Positions 58,513 to 64,000 of a stretch of DNA of 64,000 nucleotides are shown here, in pieces (the first letter of the stretch is position 1; each line of letters begins with the position of its first letter). Source of the DNA: an uncultured Gammaproteobacteria bacterium (GTDB taxonomy: Bacteria > Patescibacteriota > Microgenomatia > UBA10105 > UBA927); contig CAZVTT010000002.1 in the NCBI GenBank assembly GCA_964629685.1, forward strand, positions 51,468-115,467, written 5' to 3'. The position numbers and the translations under genes were made by a program. Under the pieces are notes generated by a model that saw nothing but the letters and a program-made list of their open reading frames with translations, searched no databases and was not told where the DNA came from.

Positions 58513-59217
58513 TTACCTCAGCTTCTCCAGCACTTCCTGGCAGGAAATTTGCGTATACAGCGCAAACGGCTGTTTATAGTAATATGCCCATTCCCGGTCG
58601 CCGTACGAGAAATGCCACCACTCTCCGTCAAAAGGTGCAAACCCTTCCTGCATCAGCACTGATCTGAGCAGTAAACGGTTGACTCGTTCATTTGCTGTTA
58701 AATCGGGTGAAAACGTATAACACCGTTTGGTGGAATAGTCATACATTTCCGACCCGAAATGGAGTGGCTGCGAATTGGTACGATTTCTGATATATATATC
58801 GACGGCGCCCCCGGTCGGATGTCCCGCCACGGTCGGAACGGCGACACGCCTGTGGGCAGTTTCATATAAAGTTACCGGGTCGGAATTCCAGTCCGACTGT
58901 ATTACGGAACATAATTGCTCTTTGAACCGTTGCTCCTGAAATTCCAATGTCCTGTACCCGAATGCAACGTACAGTTCCAAATCGGGATTTGTTTTGGTTA
59001 ACCGTTGCTGCGCTCTTTTTAGTTTGGCGCGCACTGCGCGGCGGACAATAATTCCCGGTCCAAGTGTATTTTCCTGTGCTTTCATCTGCTTCAGATAGCC
59101 ATTGGCAATGTCACGTGTCGTTAGCCTTACCATCGTTTCACTTTTCGGTATAACCGGAACCATCAGCAGCTCGCTGTACGTCACCATTTGTCGCTCGAGT
59201 TGGGTATACGTATCCAT
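58513..59217 (-). CDS. VanX/DdpX-like D-alanyl-D-alanine dipeptidase (peptidase M15D)
   Basis: AGHPTGGAVDIYI (SxHxxGxAxD) and GEWWHF (EWWH) signatures. Confidence 0.75.
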   Translation of the reverse strand: MDTYTQLERQMVTYSELLMVPVIPKSETMVRLTTRDIANGYLKQMKAQENTLGPGIIVRRAVRAKLKRAQQRLTKTNPDLELYVAFGYRTLEFQEQRFKEQLCSVIQSDWNSDPVTLYETAHRRVAVPTVAGHPTGGAVDIYIRNRTNSQPLHFGSEMYDYSTKRCYTFSPDLTANERVNRLLLRSVLMQEGFAPFDGEWWHFSYGDREWAYYYKQPFALYTQISCQEVLEKLR

Positions 59218-59221
59218 AGTT

Positions 59222-60637
59222 TTATGATTTTTTGGTAAAGAATATCCGTCTGTCGGTTTTTACGGAACCATCTGTGCGTTTGCCTGTTATATCCTGCTGT
59301 ACTCCGGGAATCCGGATAAACCCCAGTGAACGGTAAAGGGATTGGGAAATAATATTATTTTCCGATGTACGCATCACAATCTGTTTACCTGCGAGCGCGT
59401 CCAGTCTGGCTTCCACTAATCGTTTGCCGATACCTTTTTGCCTGCCTGCGTCAGCTACTCCCAGGTCAGCCATATACCAGCCGTCGGCGGATATGTCTGC
59501 GTTAATGATGCTATCGGCTACTTCGGGTACTTCCGTAAGGGGTAAGGCGGCGCCGAATCCGACAATCCCATTTTTCCCTTTAGCCACAAAAAGCAAGCCG
59601 CGCGAGACATATTGTGCAAATATGTCGGATACTTCCGTGTCGGAAAACACTTCTTCATAGGGAGGTTTCCCGAATATTTCCTGATACAACCGATTTAATC
59701 CGCCGCTATTTAATGCGTCCTGCAAAGCCCCTGCATCGGAAACGCGTTCAATGGAAAACGGTTCACCATTGCGGTCAAATTCCAGCTTTCCGCGCTCGAG
59801 TACTTTAACCGGGCCGCTGATTTGGGCATAGCCAAATACATCGTTTCGGTAATCTATCTGTACGTTTATCGGTATACCGGTAGGCTGGATAACCGGCAGA
59901 TTGGTAATTGATTGCTTATTTATGCGTGAAAGCGCCATGCCAAGGGCGGTAGTCCCGCTGCCGCAAGCTGTTTCCAAAAATAGCGTATCTATACTTTTAA
60001 CATAGACTACCGGCGTAATTTGCCACGAATCTCCCTGGCGCTGACTATACATCACCCCTGCAGCCGGGTATTCGGTAAGGCCTTTTTCTCTGATAGTCCG
60101 CATGGCTTTAGCTTTAATGTCTTCCGCGGATAATCCGGATAAACCGGCACTATTAAAATCTATATATTGGGTAATACCTTCCATCTCGACTATGAAATTG
60201 TCCTGACCGGAAGGGGAAACTACATCGGTTCTGACTTTACCGACCTCCGGAAAGATAGGCATTTGAGCGAACGCTTCACCGTTTGTATCTATACCTGCCC
60301 GTAATGTATCCGCGACACCGGATACCGTCAGGGAAAGCGTTCCCGGCTCGCCCCCCAGAGCCAGATACGCAGTAGATCTGGTAGCATTTCCACAAAATTC
60401 ACCGCCTGCCATTTGCAGTCGTTCATTACCCGGAGACAAGTCAATAAATCCGACCTGTTCTATATTCGGATATAACGACATGATGGCATCGTTAAGTGTT
60501 CTCCTAACTTCCGGATCTTCTATAATGCCGTTTATAAGACAGGTATCATTGCCGCCCGGACGGACAATCGTAAAAGAATATTCAGGGCGTTCCGGATTTG
60601 TTACATTCTCCGGTGGTGCTGACTGTTCGGTAACCAT
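59222..60637 (-). CDS. fusion protein: DapF-like PLP-independent epimerase/racemase domain + C-terminal GNAT N-acetyltransferase domain
   Basis: RPGGNDTCLI (GNDF-like), EFCGNATR (first catalytic Cys block CGNGxR), LETACGSGTTALGMA (second Cys block ACGSGA). C-terminal GNAT motif (GKQIVM...QKGIGKRLVEARLD). Confidence 0.65.
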   Translation of the reverse strand: MVTEQSAPPENVTNPERPEYSFTIVRPGGNDTCLINGIIEDPEVRRTLNDAIMSLYPNIEQVGFIDLSPGNERLQMAGGEFCGNATRSTAYLALGGEPGTLSLTVSGVADTLRAGIDTNGEAFAQMPIFPEVGKVRTDVVSPSGQDNFIVEMEGITQYIDFNSAGLSGLSAEDIKAKAMRTIREKGLTEYPAAGVMYSQRQGDSWQITPVVYVKSIDTLFLETACGSGTTALGMALSRINKQSITNLPVIQPTGIPINVQIDYRNDVFGYAQISGPVKVLERGKLEFDRNGEPFSIERVSDAGALQDALNSGGLNRLYQEIFGKPPYEEVFSDTEVSDIFAQYVSRGLLFVAKGKNGIVGFGAALPLTEVPEVADSIINADISADGWYMADLGVADAGRQKGIGKRLVEARLDALAGKQIVMRTSENNIISQSLYRSLGFIRIPGVQQDITGKRTDGSVKTDRRIFFTKKS

Positions 60638-60897
60638 ATAACCTCCTTATCCGCAGAAAAAATAATGGAACTGCGAATAGGGGAAACGGGAACCGATGGA
60701 AGTTGTATTTGTTCAGGACTCACCCACGCGCAGCATTATGCCGTTACGGGGTGATGATGAAAAAACGCAGCAAACGTATCCCCTTGGCGAGGGGAAATAA
60801 ACGGGAGGTAGGGAATACGTTTCGGGAACATGTTAGTATGTTAACATGTTAATACAACTATGTCAAGACCTTCGCCAACTGGATCAGAAGGAATACG

Positions 60898-61215
60898 TTA
60901 TTTCTTTAGAATCCGTTCCGCAGCTTTGGCATAGCCACCCATCCCGTGGCGAAGCCAGTAGGCTACACGGGTTACCGTGGTGGTGGAAACATTCAGCTGT
61001 TTGGCAATTTTTTGATAGGATTGCCCGCGGTTTAATGCTTTTACTATCTGCCAGCGGTTGGCAAATTCCGTAATCTCCGGTAATGTCAGTAAGTCACGAA
61101 AAAAGGCAGCTATTTCTTCTTCAGTTTCCAGAGATTTTACTGCGGTAAACAATTCAGACATGGTAGGTGTGGGGAATTCCGAATGCATACCGGGTGATCG
61201 TTTCATAGTACTCAT
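60898..61215 (-). CDS. TrpR-like YerC/YecD-family DNA-binding protein
   Basis: EEEIAAFFRDLLTLPEITEFANRWQIVKALNRGQSYQKIAKQLNVSTTTVTRVAYWLRHGMGGY. Confidence 0.7.
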   Translation of the reverse strand: MSTMKRSPGMHSEFPTPTMSELFTAVKSLETEEEIAAFFRDLLTLPEITEFANRWQIVKALNRGQSYQKIAKQLNVSTTTVTRVAYWLRHGMGGYAKAAERILKK

Positions 61216-61243
61216 GATACCATGCTATCCGCTTGTCCTATGG

Positions 61244-62074
61244 TTACGGCGTAGCCGTGGTAGTCGGTTTCGGTGTTGCGCTGGGTTTTGCTGTCGGTGT
61301 CGTTGTGACACTTGTTTTCGTTGTGGGTGCAGGTGTATTGGTGGCAGTTGTAGCTGCTGCCGTGGGAGACGGATTGTCGGAAACCGGGGCTGCTTCAGTT
61401 CCCAGAGCCAGACTGATTATCCGGAGTGCGCTAATCCTATTGTCCTTTTTCGGTACGGGAGTTCCGATAATATGAACCGTATCACCGATATTGAGCTTGG
61501 AAAATCCGGATTTTTCTATACCGCCTGCCTTGGTCCAGCCAAATGTTTTGGTGGATTTTTCAATATCGACGGTGTATGTTTGACCTTCGTGCGTATTTAT
61601 CTGCAGGGTAAAATCATTCTTATCGATAGCAGAAGCTGTACCTGATATCCGAATCGGTTTAGCTCCGGTAATAAAAATGATTTTGGCTTTCATTATTTCC
61701 AGTGTGGTATCAAAATCTCCGAAAACCACAACCGGATCTCCCTGTTCCAGATCATTAATTGTCAGTTTCGTCCGGGTGCCTTTCAGATTTTGGTATACCA
61801 AAATATCATCCGTTAATTCGATCTTAATATCTTTGGTTTTGGTTTCGATGGTAACGGTAGATACGGTTACCGTTTTGACGGTGCCGACCATGGCGCGTTT
61901 CTGGGTTTGTCTGAGTTCTGCGACTTTGGTGGCGAGCCGTTCTTTCAGATCTTCTATCTGTTTCGTTTTTGCGCTGGTAGGGGTAGCTGAAGGCGTCGCG
62001 GTTACCGCGAGTACCGCGGCGCTATGTGCGAGGAGTACGCTGCCGAATACGAATGTAAAAAGTATTTTTTTCAT
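61244..62074 (-). CDS. secreted protein with C-terminal Thr/Pro-rich low-complexity tail
   Basis: Signal peptide MKKILFTFVFGSVLLAHSAAVLA; C-terminal TATNTPAPTTKTSVTTTPTAKPSATPKPTTTATP. Confidence 0.55.
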   Translation of the reverse strand: MKKILFTFVFGSVLLAHSAAVLAVTATPSATPTSAKTKQIEDLKERLATKVAELRQTQKRAMVGTVKTVTVSTVTIETKTKDIKIELTDDILVYQNLKGTRTKLTINDLEQGDPVVVFGDFDTTLEIMKAKIIFITGAKPIRISGTASAIDKNDFTLQINTHEGQTYTVDIEKSTKTFGWTKAGGIEKSGFSKLNIGDTVHIIGTPVPKKDNRISALRIISLALGTEAAPVSDNPSPTAAATTATNTPAPTTKTSVTTTPTAKPSATPKPTTTATP

Positions 62075-62077
62075 ATA

Positions 62078-62536
62078 TTAAAACTCATCAGGCGTGTAAT
62101 ACACCGTTACGCTTTGACTTACCGGTTTGCCGCTGCCGTAACTGGTAACCGTTAAGGCGTTGTCACCTTCCTGGAGGGCAATGGTAGCTGCATATTTCCC
62201 ATCCGCAGTTACGGTAGCCACTTGTTCATCAATATCACTTTGGACAAAAACCGTACTTCCCGGAGGTGTATTTCCGGAAACCAGTACATCGTCTTTATTC
62301 TGAATGGTATCGGTAACCGGACTGTCTATAGAAAACGTGGTTGTTTCAGGCGTAGGTGCAGATACCTTGTTTTCCGTGGCTGAAGGTGCAGTTGCAGTTT
62401 GACTTTTTTGCGGAAAGGCAAACGTGGGGAGCTTAGGCATAGCCTTGAGCACGTTGGGCCCAACCAGCAAAATACCGGTGATACATATGCCGATGCCGAA
62501 ACCTATTACAGAAGCCAGGATTGCGTCCTTATTCAT
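62078..62536 (-). CDS. membrane-anchored protein with Ig-like (Big) C-terminal domain
   Basis: ATG at 62536 chosen (MNKDAILASVIGFGIGICITGILL); the longer track ORF would overlap the MBL gene start. Confidence 0.45.
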   Translation of the reverse strand: MNKDAILASVIGFGIGICITGILLVGPNVLKAMPKLPTFAFPQKSQTATAPSATENKVSAPTPETTTFSIDSPVTDTIQNKDDVLVSGNTPPGSTVFVQSDIDEQVATVTADGKYAATIALQEGDNALTVTSYGSGKPVSQSVTVYYTPDEF

Positions 62537-62623
62537 AACAGCTGAGTTACGCTTGTTCTTTTGCGAGTGTAGGCAGATAATTATGACTCGGTGTTGATTT
62601 AGGATATCGAAATCTGTTATAAA

Positions 62624-63280
62624 ATGCAAGCTATGGATATTACACCACTCGGTCATGCTTCGTTTAAGTTACGCGGAAAATCGGTTACCGTTATTACCGA
62701 TCCCTATGATTCGGACTCTGTCGGGCTTAAATTCCCCAAGAATCTGGAAGCGCAGATTGTAACGGTTTCTCATCAGCATGAGGATCATAACCACACAGCG
62801 CAAATTGGCGGGAATCCTTACATAGTGGGAGGTCCGGGAGAATATGAGATCGCGGGAGTACGTATCGAAGGCTTGTCTACTTTTCATGACGCGGAAAAAG
62901 GCGCTTCCCGAGGGAGAAACACGGTTTACTACATACAGTTAGATAAATTAAATATTTTACATGTCGGGGATTTGGGTCATGCACTTTCGGCGGGAGAAAT
63001 TGAACGGATTGGGGATATAGATATCCTGTTCGTACCGGTCGGCGGTGTGTATACCATTACCGCCAAGCAAGCCGCTGATCTGGTTCACGAAATTGAACCG
63101 TCTGTTGTCATTCCGATGCATTATCAGCGGGAGGGATTAAATCCAAAATCGTTTAGCGAACTTTCACCTGTTACGGAATTTCTCAAAGAAATGGGTAAAG
63201 AAGGTGTTGTTCCGCAAAATAAATTTTCGGTAACCAAAGATAAGCTTCCGGAAGAAATGCAGATTATCGTATTGGAATAA
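62624..63280 (+). CDS. MBL-fold metallo-hydrolase
   Basis: HQHEDHNH (HxHxDH) motif; 218 aa. Confidence 0.85.
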   Translation: MQAMDITPLGHASFKLRGKSVTVITDPYDSDSVGLKFPKNLEAQIVTVSHQHEDHNHTAQIGGNPYIVGGPGEYEIAGVRIEGLSTFHDAEKGASRGRNTVYYIQLDKLNILHVGDLGHALSAGEIERIGDIDILFVPVGGVYTITAKQAADLVHEIEPSVVIPMHYQREGLNPKSFSELSPVTEFLKEMGKEGVVPQNKFSVTKDKLPEEMQIIVLE

Positions 63281-63305
63281 ATCCCAGCGCGTTTGATCGT
63301 ACACT

Positions 63306-64000
63306 ATGGCCGACCCCAGAGTTCCGCCTCATGATGAGCAAGCAGAGCAATCCGTGCTCGGCGCTATATTGCTGGATAAAGACGCCCTCATGCAGGTAGC
63401 CGAATTCCTCCGGCCGGAACATTTCTATAAAGAATCACACGGTCATATTTTTGACGCCATGTTAACACTGTTCGAAGAACATGAGCCTGTCGATGCCGTT
63501 ACCCTGCAGGCGCAATTAAAGAAAAACGGATCGCTAAAAGACGCTGGAGGCGCCGCTTATCTTTCGCAGTTACTTACCGTCGTACCCACCAGCGCCAATG
63601 CCGTGAATTATGGTCGTATTATTAAAGAGCTATACGTAAAACGGACATTAGTTACCGTTTCGGCAAAATTAACGGAGTTGGCGTTTCGTGAGCAGGGAGA
63701 GGCGCAGGAGATACTTGACGAAGCGGAGCGGGAAATCTTTGCCATTGCCCAACACAGCACCAAACGTGATTTTGTGCAGATAAAAGAAGCACTGGCTTCA
63801 TCGTTCGACCGCCTGGATGAACTCCACAAACAGGCAGGTGGGCTGCGGGGTGTGGCTACCGGATTTGCTGATCTGGACTTTCGTTTATCAGGCATGCAGG
63901 ATTCTAATTTAATTATTCTGGCGGCCCGTCCCGGTACCGGAAAAACGGCTATGGTGTTAAACATCGCCCAGCACGCGGCACTAAAAACCAAGCAGCCGAT
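63306..64000 (+). CDS. dnaB: replicative DNA helicase DnaB, 3'-truncated by window edge
   Basis: N-terminal domain PPHDEQAEQSVLGAILLD...; Walker A ARPGTGKTAM at the window end. Missed by the ORF track, which only shows an antisense ORF here. Confidence 0.9.
   Translation, partial: MADPRVPPHDEQAEQSVLGAILLDKDALMQVAEFLRPEHFYKESHGHIFDAMLTLFEEHEPVDAVTLQAQLKKNGSLKDAGGAAYLSQLLTVVPTSANAVNYGRIIKELYVKRTLVTVSAKLTELAFREQGEAQEILDEAEREIFAIAQHSTKRDFVQIKEALASSFDRLDELHKQAGGLRGVATGFADLDFRLSGMQDSNLIILAARPGTGKTAMVLNIAQHAALKTKQP

Noticed and set aside
60760-60800. Considered the cccctcgccaagggg + T-run hairpin as a riboswitch expression platform for the epimerase-GNAT operon
   Set aside because: It is equally well explained as the intrinsic terminator of the upstream yerC-like gene. 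No recognisable riboswitch aptamer motif was seen. It is kept only as a low-confidence note within the intergenic finding.
61058-61645. 195-aa Cys/Arg-rich + ORF and 80-aa ORF 61233-61475
   Set aside because: Antisense to the Thr/Pro-rich tail of the secreted protein 61244-62074. This is a low-complexity reverse-complement artefact.

Overview
The window reads as a gene-dense (about 90% coding) bacterial chromosome segment of moderate GC (roughly mid-40s %), with short intergenic gaps, many overlapping start/stop junctions and a small-genome flavour. It may come from a candidate-phyla-radiation or Patescibacteria-like bacterium or another reduced bacterium; the evidence is an archaeal-type ProRS, S21, the S6-ssb-S18 cluster, and many secreted proteins with Pro/Thr linkers. 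No rRNA, tRNA, CRISPR array or recognisable transposase/integrase was found by eye.

The left two-thirds (1-35 kb) are mostly housekeeping. They hold proS (5' partial), dnaX-ybaB, recR, prs, ahcY, cysS, thyA-folA, msrB and an alpha-carbonic anhydrase. There is also a notable concentration of adenosine/SAM-salvage genes: a PF04008-like kinase, HIT, a PfkB kinase, HAD, AhcY, a DUF62 SAM hydrolase and Prs.

The 35.7-48.1 kb stretch looks accessory. It has two promoter/terminator-bounded loci without a long ORF and small candidate peptide genes. It also carries an HxlR regulator with an FMN reductase, a cytochrome P450, and a PhoU/AbrB-type regulator divergent from an AT-rich palindromic control region. 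Downstream are an uncharacterised 1074-aa calcineurin-like phosphoesterase, two overlapping small paralogs, and a GC-rich lemA islet.

The right end returns to core genes: ychF, rpsF-ssb-rpsR, ctpA, htrA, rpmE, a domain-1-less RF1-like release factor, hisS and dnaB. A compact cluster of an M24 peptidase, a VanX-like D,D-dipeptidase and a DapF-like epimerase-GNAT fusion sits inside this block.

The best candidates for something undescribed are:
- the 40.8-44.7 kb phosphoesterase plus twin small-protein module;
- the rpmE-UAG-RF1 arrangement;
- the D-amino-acid peptide cluster;
- the two structured RNA / small-ORF loci.
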